Shown: positions 16,996 to 26,744 of the stretch, piece by piece
Layout of the letters: each line of letters begins with the position of its first letter
How positions within the stretch are numbered: position 1 is the first letter of the stretch
Assembly (NCBI GenBank): GCA_965248435.1
Contig: OZ252100.1
Location: 1,888,001 to 1,952,000 of the forward strand
DNA: 64,000 nt
DNA from: Candidatus Latescibacterota bacterium
GTDB lineage: Bacteria; Latescibacterota; UBA2968; GCA-2709665
Reading direction: 5' to 3'
Position numbers and translations under genes: made by a program
Notes under the pieces: generated by a model
What the model was told of the DNA's origin: nothing
The model's input: only the letters and a program-made list of their open reading frames with translations
Database searches by the model: none

Positions 16996-18741
16996 TCAAT
17001 TCTGCTGATAGGCGCGGTATCGTCCCTCGAAGACCTGCTGCAGCCAGATTTCGAACGTCAGGTATCGGCAAACAGCATCAGCGTGGTCGGCACCGCTTAG
17101 ATGGCTTTCCCAGTCGGCCTCAACACGCTCCCTTGGAATGTAATCGGGATAGATCGCCTCTGAATTCCGGAGCAGGTTGTTCGAAAAAGATCGGGCGGGA
17201 TCCTGACGAAGCCATATCGGATAGTCTGCAACACCGACACAACCCGGCGAGATGAAACGCGTTTTGACTTTTCTGGATTGAACTGCCGCCCAAGCCAAAC
17301 CACGAGGCCATCCGATCGGTACCCCGGTATCTCTCCACGGTATGGTCTTAAAATAGCTCGGAAACGTGTGCAACAGCATCTCGTTATACAGACAACTGCG
17401 GAACCTGAGAAAGCCAGGAAGGCTGAACAAGAATTCGATCAGTTCGTTATCGAAAAAAGGTTTCCGCTGTTCGATCGAAGTCGCGCACATACGTGTTCCG
17501 CCAGAAATGAATCGACGGCCCCGATTCTGAATCAGGTAGTACTCGGCGCTGTCCAAAGACTTGTAGTCTTCCCAATTCTCGATGTGATCGGGCTCGCAGG
17601 CCATCTGCTTCGCCACCAGTTCGGACGACTGAAGGCCTTCTAGATCCCCCCTCTCTTTCACATAACTCCCGCCCATGACCACATCCCCCAGAAATCCGTG
17701 CAGATTGATCTTGGGACGCTCGACACTGTCCAAAGCCTCGATCCCGTGCATGTGCATCAGATTAAGTTGTCCATCCGTCCACCAGACCCCTTTTGGCCTG
17801 TCCGAGAACCAGTTCTCGGCATCGATTGTCACAACGTGATGGGCTGACCCTTTAGTTTTTGCGGCTAACCGGGCGATTCGAATGTCGTCGCAGCCGGACT
17901 TTCCGAACGTCACCGCCTGGATCGGCTCTGCGCGGGCCGGAATCGCTGCCAGGATCGCCCGCGAGTCCAGGCCGCCGCTCAGCGTCACACCGATGCCTTC
18001 GTTCGAGTCACAGCGCCGTTCGACCGCATTTCGAAACAGCCTCCCCATCTCCTCTGCCGCATCCCGCAACGTCAAATCCTTCCGCTTACGGATCTCATCC
18101 CACCACCAATAACGCCTTGTTTGGAGGGACCCCTCCTTGATGTCCCACGTCAGAACCGTCCCTGATGAAAGCAGCTGTACCCCCTCGAACCAGGTTCGGT
18201 CCTCGAGGAGGTATCCGGGACCGAAGAACTGGTCAACGGCCCTTCGGTCAATCTTTACACGAAAGCCAGGCAGCGCGAGTACAGCTTTGACTTCGGAGGT
18301 CCAGAATAATCCGCCTTCGTGAACCGTCCAGTAGAGGTGCCGCAAGCCGAAACGATCCGTCACAAGATGGACAACATGCCTTCTGGAATCGTAGATGACG
18401 GCGGAAAAAATACCATCGATCCGTTTTAGGGCAGGCAAATCAGCCACCTCTTTGTAGAGCTCAGACAGGACTTGCGGATCTTCCCCCCCTTGTAAGCCCA
18501 GCTCGTCGCGGTTGAAGAATTCTCCATCCAGCCAGACATAAGTACCATCCTGGTGAAAGGGCTGGTGCGCCCGCTGAATCGCGTCAAGGTGAGTTCGGGA
18601 GGCGTAGACAGGTCCCCCGCAAAACAACTCATCCTGCTTATAAGAAGCCCGGTGCGTGATGAGGTCTCGCATCTGCTTCAAGGTCCTCTGACCCATCTCC
18701 CGGTCAATTTCCGGGTGGACAAACCCTACGAGTCCTGGCAC
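16996..18741 (-). CDS. Asparagine-synthase-like amide ligase (polysaccharide modification); N-terminal Cys absent
   Basis: Ntn-like N-domain (LDGEFFN, DRFGLR.LY, SEVKA), PP-loop LSGGLDSR, R.PFFDNEL; starts MPGLVG rather than MCGI. Confidence 0.85.
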   Translation of the reverse strand: MPGLVGFVHPEIDREMGQRTLKQMRDLITHRASYKQDELFCGGPVYASRTHLDAIQRAHQPFHQDGTYVWLDGEFFNRDELGLQGGEDPQVLSELYKEVADLPALKRIDGIFSAVIYDSRRHVVHLVTDRFGLRHLYWTVHEGGLFWTSEVKAVLALPGFRVKIDRRAVDQFFGPGYLLEDRTWFEGVQLLSSGTVLTWDIKEGSLQTRRYWWWDEIRKRKDLTLRDAAEEMGRLFRNAVERRCDSNEGIGVTLSGGLDSRAILAAIPARAEPIQAVTFGKSGCDDIRIARLAAKTKGSAHHVVTIDAENWFSDRPKGVWWTDGQLNLMHMHGIEALDSVERPKINLHGFLGDVVMGGSYVKERGDLEGLQSSELVAKQMACEPDHIENWEDYKSLDSAEYYLIQNRGRRFISGGTRMCATSIEQRKPFFDNELIEFLFSLPGFLRFRSCLYNEMLLHTFPSYFKTIPWRDTGVPIGWPRGLAWAAVQSRKVKTRFISPGCVGVADYPIWLRQDPARSFSNNLLRNSEAIYPDYIPRERVEADWESHLSGADHADAVCRYLTFEIWLQQVFEGRYRAYQQN

Positions 18742-20264
18742 GGCTTGACCTCAGGACTCCTGTTCACCACAAGATTCCATAACTCGAGCAGGAAGCGCTT
18801 ATCCATCAAGGCTCCCATCAGGAAATATACAGCTCCCCCCAGTATCCATACGGCCCCAAGCGTAGGGAGGGCACCCGAAAAGAGATCTCTCAAGAATACT
18901 AAAGCCGCAAGAGAAAGGGCCCCCGACCCGGCAGCCATCACACTCGGCCTCAGGAGTGTCTTTACAAACGCAGTCTGCCGGAGGCCAATAAGCGACCGCA
19001 AGATGAATACCCCGATGATGAGATACACGAAAGACAGGACTCCGTAACTTACGGAAATCACCAAAACACCACGCTCCACCAAGAACCAGAAAATGAGCGC
19101 GTTGACCAAAAGCACGAGGATGTTGAGTTTGAACCCGATGTCCACCCTCCCCTTTGCGAGTAAGATGGAGCCGATCGGATTTCCCAGGACCTTGAAGAGC
19201 CCGACGAAAACGAGGACCTGAATCAGGACGACGGTCTGTCCCCAACCTTCCCCGAGGGCAATCGGGACGAACAGTGGGGCCGTAATGCCCATACCGATCA
19301 GAATCGGTAGCAGGAAGACGGCCAGAATCTTGACCATCTCCAGATAGCCCCTCTGCAGTGCGGCATCGTCCCCCTGACGCCGGGTAAAGACCGGGAAGGC
19401 CACGCGCGTGACGATGGGATTCAACCTCTGAAGTGGAATCATCACAAAACGGTAGGCTATCGTATAAACGCCAAGGATCTGGGGTCCGAGAAACCTCCCG
19501 ATCATAACATAGTCCACGTTCGCGGAAAGCGAGTTGATACTCCTTTCTCCCATCTGATAGAGCCCAAACCCCAGGTAGCTCTTCAGATCACGCAGTTGAA
19601 AGCGCTGTACCGGGGGCCATCGCCTCCAGCCGAAACCTGCGTAGCAGAGCGACTTGAGCGCCGCCGACGCCAACTGCCCCCAAACCAGTGAGAAGACACC
19701 TTGACCTCTAAGGGCGGCCAGGACAGAGATCACGGCAGCCAATGTCACGGAAGCGATTTCTATTCCCGCGATCCGGTCAAACTGCAGCTCTCGCTGCATC
19801 AACATCTGAAACTGGTGTCCAATCGGCGTAATCGCAAGAGTCATTGCGACCCAAATCATCACGTCAATCAAACCGGGCTCGCCATACGCGCGGCCTATCA
19901 GCGGAGAGCACGCTACGACAAAGACAAAGACAACCAAGCCAGACGAGATGTTCAACCAGTAGAGGCCCGAAAGTTCACTCGGAGTCGCGTCGAGACGCTG
20001 AACCACCGCATTGCTGACGCCAACATCCGAAAAGGCCTGAGCCACGCCGATGACGACCATGGCCATGCTCATTATTCCGAAGTCCGCCGGGTTCAGCAAG
20101 TGAGCGAGTAGGGAGAGCTGGATCAATTGGAGGCCGCTCGTCACACCAGCGGATCCGCCCGTCCACCTCACACCTGCGACGGCAGAGCGCCTCAGGCCCT
20201 CAGCCTCAAATGTAGGGCCTGATGGGTCTCGATCGGACTCGGTGCCTTGCGAGTCGCCATTCAT
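18726..20264 (-). CDS. wzx: Wzx/MOP-family polysaccharide flippase (WzxC-like)
   Basis: Multi-TM; LAHLLNPADFGI, DVGVSNAVVQ, NVDYVMIGRFLG..LGVY..AY. Probable start at 20264 (ORF track gives 20324). Confidence 0.9.
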   Translation of the reverse strand: MNGDSQGTESDRDPSGPTFEAEGLRRSAVAGVRWTGGSAGVTSGLQLIQLSLLAHLLNPADFGIMSMAMVVIGVAQAFSDVGVSNAVVQRLDATPSELSGLYWLNISSGLVVFVFVVACSPLIGRAYGEPGLIDVMIWVAMTLAITPIGHQFQMLMQRELQFDRIAGIEIASVTLAAVISVLAALRGQGVFSLVWGQLASAALKSLCYAGFGWRRWPPVQRFQLRDLKSYLGFGLYQMGERSINSLSANVDYVMIGRFLGPQILGVYTIAYRFVMIPLQRLNPIVTRVAFPVFTRRQGDDAALQRGYLEMVKILAVFLLPILIGMGITAPLFVPIALGEGWGQTVVLIQVLVFVGLFKVLGNPIGSILLAKGRVDIGFKLNILVLLVNALIFWFLVERGVLVISVSYGVLSFVYLIIGVFILRSLIGLRQTAFVKTLLRPSVMAAGSGALSLAALVFLRDLFSGALPTLGAVWILGGAVYFLMGALMDKRFLLELWNLVVNRSPEVKPCQDS

Positions 20265-20787
20265 CAAACAGGAACCTGGTTTCGGCAAATGCCTAGGAGA
20301 AATATTGAAGCGCGTCAGCTCCACCCCAATATAGTGAATCCGCAGGGATGGAGAAATGGTTAGAATGGTTCGCCCTTCGCCTTTTCATGTTGTTTTGTCT
20401 AGCGTTGGGAACATTCTGTTCATGGACAAACCAGCGATCGAGTGTATATTGGGGAACATTGGACCCCTGCGGGTCTTAGACCAAGCACTTTCGATCGATC
20501 CGGCTCGGTTTTGCACAAGGTGCAGAAAATACTGACCCATAGTCAGGAATCCAAGGCAAGAAAACCACGGCTTGACACCCGTCGATCCCCGTCCGGGCAG
20601 ATCGATGAGGGCAATCCGCACGTGGCGATGAGGTGGGTGTCTGATGCACCCCCCTCAGCAAACTGGTTTTGTAGTCGATCTAGGCGAGTCGGTTTTCAGA
20701 ATCTGATCACGTTTTCCAAGCCTGACCTGTGCGCTTTTTTGGACCTCTTGAGACCTGCCCCGGGATGGCATTTGATGAAAGATCGGC

Positions 20788-22272
20788 TTGAGCAAAGGGA
20801 TGAGGCAGATGGCTGCGCTTGCTGAGAGAAGGTGGATAGAACCCGACAACAGACGGCTGCTCACCGTCGTCTGCGTCGTGCACGCGGCGTTGATCGTGTT
20901 GCCCTTTTTGAAGACCGAGCTTGGGCCGCTCATCGTCATGCTGGTCCTGCTTTCGATCGTCGCACTGCTTGCGTCCCCCACACTCTCCCTGCTCTATCTG
21001 TGCGTGATTTCTGCCGTGGTGCCCTCGCAGTTTTTCGACGACTATCTGTTGCTGCCCTTCAATTTCAAGTTCTATGAAGGGCTATTTGCTGTAGTGCTCT
21101 GTACGGGCCTGATCTCGTGGCTCCAGGAAGGGCAGCTCGCGTGGCGGCATCACAGTCGTCTCGACCGACCCGTCTTGATTTTTCTTTTTCTTTTGGTCTT
21201 CTCTGTGGGTTTAGGACAGTATTATGGCCAATCTACTTCGCAGATGCTCCGAGATGTCCGCTACCCGCTCTACTTTGCACTATTCTTTGTGGTCGCGGGT
21301 TACTTTGATACTCGGAAATGCCGAATCTTCCTCACGTTACTGACGATATCCTCTGCCGTTGTAGGACTTGAGTATCTCGCCGAGTTCTTGGACATCGTAG
21401 ATATTTCGATCTCAGGCTCCTTTTATCGGGTCGCCCGAATGGAGGGTCTGATGATGCCCATCGGCGTGCTCGTGATTGGCGCAACGTTACTGTTCGATCC
21501 TTCACTTCGCCTGCGGGTGTTGGCCACGATCGCGCTGATCCCGATCGGTCTGGCGCTTGTGCTGACCGTAGGCCGAGGGATGTGGATTGCCTTAGCGGCG
21601 GGGCTTTTCCTCCTGGGATTTCTGACCTTCCGCGATCGGCAGACAGCATTTAAGCGGAGTCTGAAGATTCTGATTCTGGTACTTCTGCCCTGCCTGGTTG
21701 TGGGGATGGGCTACCTCTTTCAAACGGTGACCCGCGCAGGTGTGGGAGAGATGGCCTTTGCGCGGCTGGCGCGCGTGGTGGACTACGAGCAGGACCATTC
21801 GATTGTGGGACGGCTGATGTCCTACGGGATTGCAATGGAAGAAATCTGGGAACGACCACTTCTGGGCGGCGGGCACGGGGCGACCGTGACCTATCTGGTG
21901 ACCGACCCTCTTCAGAGTTTTATGCTTACGACCGGTGAAGTGGACAACGTCTACCTGACCATTCTGCTACGCATGGGGGTCTTGGGTCTGTTGGCCTTCC
22001 TGTGGATCTTCCTGAAGGGCCTGCAGATGGCCTACAGGACCTTCCAGCGAACGGCAGACCCCAGCGTGCGTCTGTTCTGCGCCTCGTTTTTTGCAGTATA
22101 CGGAGCAATGCTGGTTTACGGTATGGCCGACAACACGATGATGGGCAACCGGTTGATCTTCTGGCACGCGGCATTTCTGGGCATTTTGGCGAGGCTGGAG
22201 CGAGAAACCGGGAACGACCTGCCCCATATCCGCCCGACCAAGCTCGAAGGGCCTCACGGCCCCGAGGCGTGA
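20788..22272 (+). CDS. O-antigen ligase/Wzy-family membrane protein
   Basis: About 12 TM segments; LT.GRG.W, S..GRL..Y..A...I.ERPLLG.G.G, DNVYL..L...G.LG (Wzy_C-type motifs). Confidence 0.85.
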   Translation: MSKGMRQMAALAERRWIEPDNRRLLTVVCVVHAALIVLPFLKTELGPLIVMLVLLSIVALLASPTLSLLYLCVISAVVPSQFFDDYLLLPFNFKFYEGLFAVVLCTGLISWLQEGQLAWRHHSRLDRPVLIFLFLLVFSVGLGQYYGQSTSQMLRDVRYPLYFALFFVVAGYFDTRKCRIFLTLLTISSAVVGLEYLAEFLDIVDISISGSFYRVARMEGLMMPIGVLVIGATLLFDPSLRLRVLATIALIPIGLALVLTVGRGMWIALAAGLFLLGFLTFRDRQTAFKRSLKILILVLLPCLVVGMGYLFQTVTRAGVGEMAFARLARVVDYEQDHSIVGRLMSYGIAMEEIWERPLLGGGHGATVTYLVTDPLQSFMLTTGEVDNVYLTILLRMGVLGLLAFLWIFLKGLQMAYRTFQRTADPSVRLFCASFFAVYGAMLVYGMADNTMMGNRLIFWHAAFLGILARLERETGNDLPHIRPTKLEGPHGPEA

Positions 22273-22286
22273 GAGCGCCACAAATT

Positions 22287-23954
22287 TTATATCCGCTTGC
22301 GAGCCAACATTAGGTAGTTCCAGGCGTCACTCTCGACCCGGTGAAGGCGATCCAGCAACAGTGCACTCACCTGCACGAGCAGATAACAAACCCGGACGGG
22401 AAGGATAAACGGTCCGCGCTCGAAGTGTTCCAGATAGTAGCAGAAGCGCGATCCCGCGGTCATCCAGTATCCGGCCATGGCGCGCACCTCGATCACGTCA
22501 AGTCCAGCCTTGTTGGCCAGGTATCGCAGGCCGTAACCCGTATAACGATAATAATCGTTCGGTTCTTCGTGAATGCCCCAGATGTGTGGAGCGGTCAGGA
22601 TGAGGAGACCGCCTGGCTTCAAGACTCGTGTGATCTCCGCCATCGCCCGATCGGGCTCGGGCAAATGTTCCAAGACCTGGCTGCAAATGACCGTCTCAAA
22701 GGCCTGCCCTCGAATGGGAAGGGCAAGGGCATCCCCACACGCATCAATCCCTCGCACGGGGGTGCGACTTCGATCCCGGTCCACACCCACGTAGCGGTTG
22801 ACCTTCGAGCCGAAAATCTCCTTGTAGGGCATCCCGCCGCATCCTATGTCCAGCAGCGCCCCAGAGGCCTCGTGCGTCAGTCCCTCCATCGTCCTGCGCA
22901 TCACGCGATGCACGGCCCAATTCTTTGAAAAGATACTCGCATCCACCTGGCTTGCGCTTCGCCTCCTCCCTCCGTCTACCCCCAAGAGATGCGTCCCGGA
23001 AACAACACCCGCAAGGATGGCCGCAAAGAAGATCCCTCCGCTGACCTCGGCCGAACCGAACGCCCCCAGCAGACCCAGCCCCCCAAGGATTCCGCAAGCC
23101 AGATAGATCCTTGTGACCGTTGCCCGGATGGAGCGCCCGGACTTCCTGAGCTGATCGGCGACGTGATCAGGACTTGCGGCAAGGATAGACTTCCCGCGCT
23201 TAAAGCGGGCCAGGGACACGAACCCAGCCTCGAAGCAGGGAATGCCGAGCACGAGGAGTGGGCCGAGCTGCCCCTGGGGCGAGGGGAACACACGTGTCAA
23301 CTCAGCTGCAAGACCCCCAAGGACAAACCCTGAGAAGAGACTCCCGGTATCCCCCATGTAGATCCTGGCCGGCTGATAATTGTAAACCAGAAATCCTGCG
23401 AGCCCTCCGGCCAACGATGCGCCCACCAGGCTCAGCTCCGGCTGGCCTGCAACCAGGGCCAGAACGGCCAGACAAAGCGAGGCAATCACCCCGACGCCGG
23501 CAGCCAGACCGTCCATCATGTCGAGGACGTTGAAGGCATTGCAGATCAACAGGAGCCATACGCCGGTGAGTAACGCGTCGGCCACATCGAACCCAAAGAC
23601 CCTCGCTCGCAATCCGAGGGAGAGTGCGACTGCGATCACTGTAGCCTGCAGGATGAGTTTGCGATAGGGGCTCAGGGCGCGGAGGTCGTCAAGAAAGCCG
23701 ACAAGCGCCATCCCAGCTGCGCCAACGATCAAACCTGTCGGAAGCGAGGAGGGAAAGAACAGAATCGCGGCGGTCAGAATCGCTAGGCCGCCGAAGGAGG
23801 GAATGGATGCGGCTCCAGCAGGGTGAGGCCGAAAGCGTGGGGTCCGAAGGACCAGCGTGCGTAGGATGGGAGTGAGACACAGGGCCACTGCACATGAAGC
23901 AACGAAGACCGGGAAGGGACCCGACCCGACCAGGTCTTCCAGGAGGACCTCCAT
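22287..23954 (-). CDS. WecA/MraY-family undecaprenyl-phosphate sugar-1-phosphate transferase fused to a class I SAM methyltransferase
   Basis: N-terminal GFLDDL, NAFNVLDMMDGLA, NYQPARIYMGDTGS; C-terminal LLDIGCG, VLEHLPEP..A..E..RVLKPGG, HEEPNDYYRYT. Confidence 0.85.
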   Translation of the reverse strand: MEVLLEDLVGSGPFPVFVASCAVALCLTPILRTLVLRTPRFRPHPAGAASIPSFGGLAILTAAILFFPSSLPTGLIVGAAGMALVGFLDDLRALSPYRKLILQATVIAVALSLGLRARVFGFDVADALLTGVWLLLICNAFNVLDMMDGLAAGVGVIASLCLAVLALVAGQPELSLVGASLAGGLAGFLVYNYQPARIYMGDTGSLFSGFVLGGLAAELTRVFPSPQGQLGPLLVLGIPCFEAGFVSLARFKRGKSILAASPDHVADQLRKSGRSIRATVTRIYLACGILGGLGLLGAFGSAEVSGGIFFAAILAGVVSGTHLLGVDGGRRRSASQVDASIFSKNWAVHRVMRRTMEGLTHEASGALLDIGCGGMPYKEIFGSKVNRYVGVDRDRSRTPVRGIDACGDALALPIRGQAFETVICSQVLEHLPEPDRAMAEITRVLKPGGLLILTAPHIWGIHEEPNDYYRYTGYGLRYLANKAGLDVIEVRAMAGYWMTAGSRFCYYLEHFERGPFILPVRVCYLLVQVSALLLDRLHRVESDAWNYLMLARKRI

Positions 23955-25093
23955 CAGATCCCCGAAGTCGTGTCTCTGCCGTTCGGGCTGAACCCCTCTA
24001 CCGCCTCTATCACCTGCCCGATTTCACCTTCGGACATGCTCGGAAAAAGAGGCAGTGTGACCAAGTTTGTCCAAACGGACTCTGTAATCGGCAGAGGACG
24101 CCGGAAAGGCGCGTAGATAGAGTAGAAGTGGTTGGGCTTGTAGTAGACGTTGGAAGCGATCCCACGGTCGGCCAGGTGTACGATCAGTCCGTCTCGATCC
24201 TCCGCCTTTCCGACATAGGCGTGGAAAGAACTCTTGACGTGAGGCCGCTCCACCGGTACCTGAAACCACGGAAGGTCAGAAAAGCCCTTCCCATACTGCA
24301 GGGCGATCTCCCGTCTCTGGGCGTTGCCCGATTCCAGCTTCGCAAGCTGCACGAGCCCGATGGCCGCATTTAGATCATTCATCTGGAATTTATAGCCGGC
24401 CTCCGACACGTCATAGTCCCAGGGGCGGCTGCTTCGCTTCCTTTCATACCGTTCCCAGGTATCCTGACCGATTCCCATCCAGCGCAGCTGTCTGAGTCGT
24501 TCCGCCACAGCGGGGTCGTTCGTCGTAAGCATACCGCCATCGCCTGTCGACAGGTTCTTGATCGCGTGGAAACTGAAGCAGCCGATCGTCCCGATACTCC
24601 CTGCCATCCGTCCTTTGTAACTCGCCCCACACGCGTGTGCTGCGTCCTCGATCACCGGGATGCCGTGTTTGCCGGCGGCCCCCAGGATGGTATCCATCTC
24701 ACACGGGTGACCACCGTAATGCATCACGAGAATCGCGGCGGTCTGTTCGGAAATCAGATCCGCCACCGACTCAGCATCGATGTTTAGTGTCTCCGGGTCG
24801 ATGTCGCAGAACACCGGTTTGGCGCCGTTTTGAAGGATCGCATGATTGGTCGAAACGAACGTCAGCGGGGTCGTAACCACTTCCCTGCCGGCTACGTTCA
24901 GGACCTTCAACGCGAGAAAGAGGGCTGCAGAACAGGAGTTCACGGCGATGGCGTGCTTCGTGCCCACGTATTTAGCGAACCGGCGCTCGAATTCTTCCGC
25001 CTTGGGTCCCGGGCCGACCCATCCTGACAGAAGCACCTCCCGGACGGCCTCGACCTCCTCTTCGCCAAACCACGGCCGGAAAATGGGAATCAT
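23954..25093 (-). CDS. DegT/DnrJ/EryC1/StrS sugar aminotransferase
   Basis: VNSCSAAL, IEDAAHA.G, FSFHAIKNLSTGDGG (PLP lysine), G.KFQMNDLNAAIG. Confidence 0.93.
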   Translation of the reverse strand: MIPIFRPWFGEEEVEAVREVLLSGWVGPGPKAEEFERRFAKYVGTKHAIAVNSCSAALFLALKVLNVAGREVVTTPLTFVSTNHAILQNGAKPVFCDIDPETLNIDAESVADLISEQTAAILVMHYGGHPCEMDTILGAAGKHGIPVIEDAAHACGASYKGRMAGSIGTIGCFSFHAIKNLSTGDGGMLTTNDPAVAERLRQLRWMGIGQDTWERYERKRSSRPWDYDVSEAGYKFQMNDLNAAIGLVQLAKLESGNAQRREIALQYGKGFSDLPWFQVPVERPHVKSSFHAYVGKAEDRDGLIVHLADRGIASNVYYKPNHFYSIYAPFRRPLPITESVWTNLVTLPLFPSMSEGEIGQVIEAVEGFSPNGRDTTSGI

Positions 25094-26733
25094 CTTACAT
25101 TCTCCACAGCGGACGAAATCCGCCGTCCACCCTGGGCCAGCATCCGGCGATATGCACGCAGCCTTGCTCCGGCCTCATCGCGTCGTTCATCAGACAGGAG
25201 ATAGACCACACTCCAAAGGCCCAACCTGAGCACCATCTCCATCGGCCTCAGTCCGGCAAGTAGAGTTGCCGCTCCGTTGCCCAGATGTTTCTCTACGAAA
25301 TAGTCGTAGCTCGCTTCGCTCGCCATCAGCATCTCTTCAAAGACCTGTCTTGAGCTCCATCCACCTGTGTGTACCCCTGCTGCTTCCGGTTGGTAGAACA
25401 CTCCCCACCCGGCCTCCTTCATCCGAAGACAGAGATCCACGTCCTCATAGTACATGAAGAATCGATCATCCATCCCGTTTACGTTCTCGAGTGCGGTGCG
25501 CCTGGAAACGAAACACGCCCCAGTTACCCATCCAGTTTCGTCTAGGCTTTTGGGGCGCCGGCGCGTGAATTTAAACAAAGGAAAAACAGTATGCAACAAG
25601 AATTTACGGCAAATCTCACCAACAAGATTCGGACGCGATCCGCACGACCTTCTGACTCGGCCACGACCGTCGTAGAGCGTGGGTCCGACCGTCCCAGCCG
25701 TCGCTTCCGACGCCAGAAACCTGACCATCGCATAGAGGGCACCCGGTTTCAAGATCACGTCCGGGTTCAGAACGGCAACAAAGGGTCCCGCTGATGCTTC
25801 AAGGCCCCGGTTGACGCCCGCTCCGAAGCCAAGGTTTTCTCCTGCACGAATCACTTGAACCTCTTTCGGAAGGGGATCCAGCCTCTCCACACTCCCGTCC
25901 TCCGACCCGTTGTCCACGACCACGACGTTCATCTCGAGTTTCCCGCGATCGGCCAAAAGGGCCCGAACACATCTCTGAAGCATCTCACCGGAATTCCAGT
26001 TAACCACGATCGCCGTTACATCGAGCCGGTCGGGTCTATGATCGACTCCTGAATTCCGGCCCCAATCCGCTATCCTGGGCTGCTGGCTCTCAACCTGATA
26101 CATACGATCTTCCTCTAACGCGTAAGCCGTCAATTGCCTGCCATACACGCACCCGGTATCCAGACCGATCAAGTAGGGCCGACCATCGTCGTGTCGTTTG
26201 ATCACAAGGCCGCGAGGGGCATCGTGACCGAAGATCAAGACCTTTTCTCCAGGTCGGTAAGCATCATGCCATCTCGGGCCGGTTATGTCTCCAGTGGGGG
26301 GCCAGGTTCGGATCGCCAGGAATTCCTCTCTTTCAGTTCTCTTGATGCCCTTATCGGGATTCACGCCCGCGTGTACCAGATCAAACGCTCTTCCTTCGAT
26401 CCAGAGGGGGAGGTTTTCAAGCCACGCCAGGACCTCCTCAGCCACCTCACGCAGTTGCGACAGGATCGATTCTTCTCCAGATCCAATGCTTTGAGGCGAT
26501 TGGCTCGAAACCGACGCTCTCAACCGTTCTATCAGCCGAGCGTCGTGGTTGCCCAAAACCATCTCAGCGCCCGTTCGCTTCAGAAGCCTCCAGACACCCA
26601 GAGGATCCGGACCTTTCGTAAAGGCATCACCCGTGAGGAGAAGGCGGTCTCTCCCCTCCGAAAATTCACATTTCGCCAGCAGTGCCTCCATTTCGGCGCA
26701 GCACCCGTGTAGATCTCCGATGAAAATGGTCAA
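25090..26733 (-). CDS. ApaH/PrpE-like metallophosphoesterase fused to a GT2 glycosyltransferase
   Basis: N-terminal GDLHGC, GDAFTKG, GNHD, VHAG, FGH, LDTGCVYG; C-terminal IVVNWNS, VVDNGS.DGS, LNPD, GMDDRFFMYYEDVDLC. Confidence 0.85.
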   Translation of the reverse strand: MTIFIGDLHGCCAEMEALLAKCEFSEGRDRLLLTGDAFTKGPDPLGVWRLLKRTGAEMVLGNHDARLIERLRASVSSQSPQSIGSGEESILSQLREVAEEVLAWLENLPLWIEGRAFDLVHAGVNPDKGIKRTEREEFLAIRTWPPTGDITGPRWHDAYRPGEKVLIFGHDAPRGLVIKRHDDGRPYLIGLDTGCVYGRQLTAYALEEDRMYQVESQQPRIADWGRNSGVDHRPDRLDVTAIVVNWNSGEMLQRCVRALLADRGKLEMNVVVVDNGSEDGSVERLDPLPKEVQVIRAGENLGFGAGVNRGLEASAGPFVAVLNPDVILKPGALYAMVRFLASEATAGTVGPTLYDGRGRVRRSCGSRPNLVGEICRKFLLHTVFPLFKFTRRRPKSLDETGWVTGACFVSRRTALENVNGMDDRFFMYYEDVDLCLRMKEAGWGVFYQPEAAGVHTGGWSSRQVFEEMLMASEASYDYFVEKHLGNGAATLLAGLRPMEMVLRLGLWSVVYLLSDERRDEAGARLRAYRRMLAQGGRRISSAVENVR

Positions 26734-26744
26734 GGGTCATACCT

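Noticed and set aside
20500-20516. Sigma54 promoter (CGGCTCGGTTTTGCA) upstream of the wzy-like gene
   Set aside because: The GG-GC spacing is 9 nt rather than the required 10.
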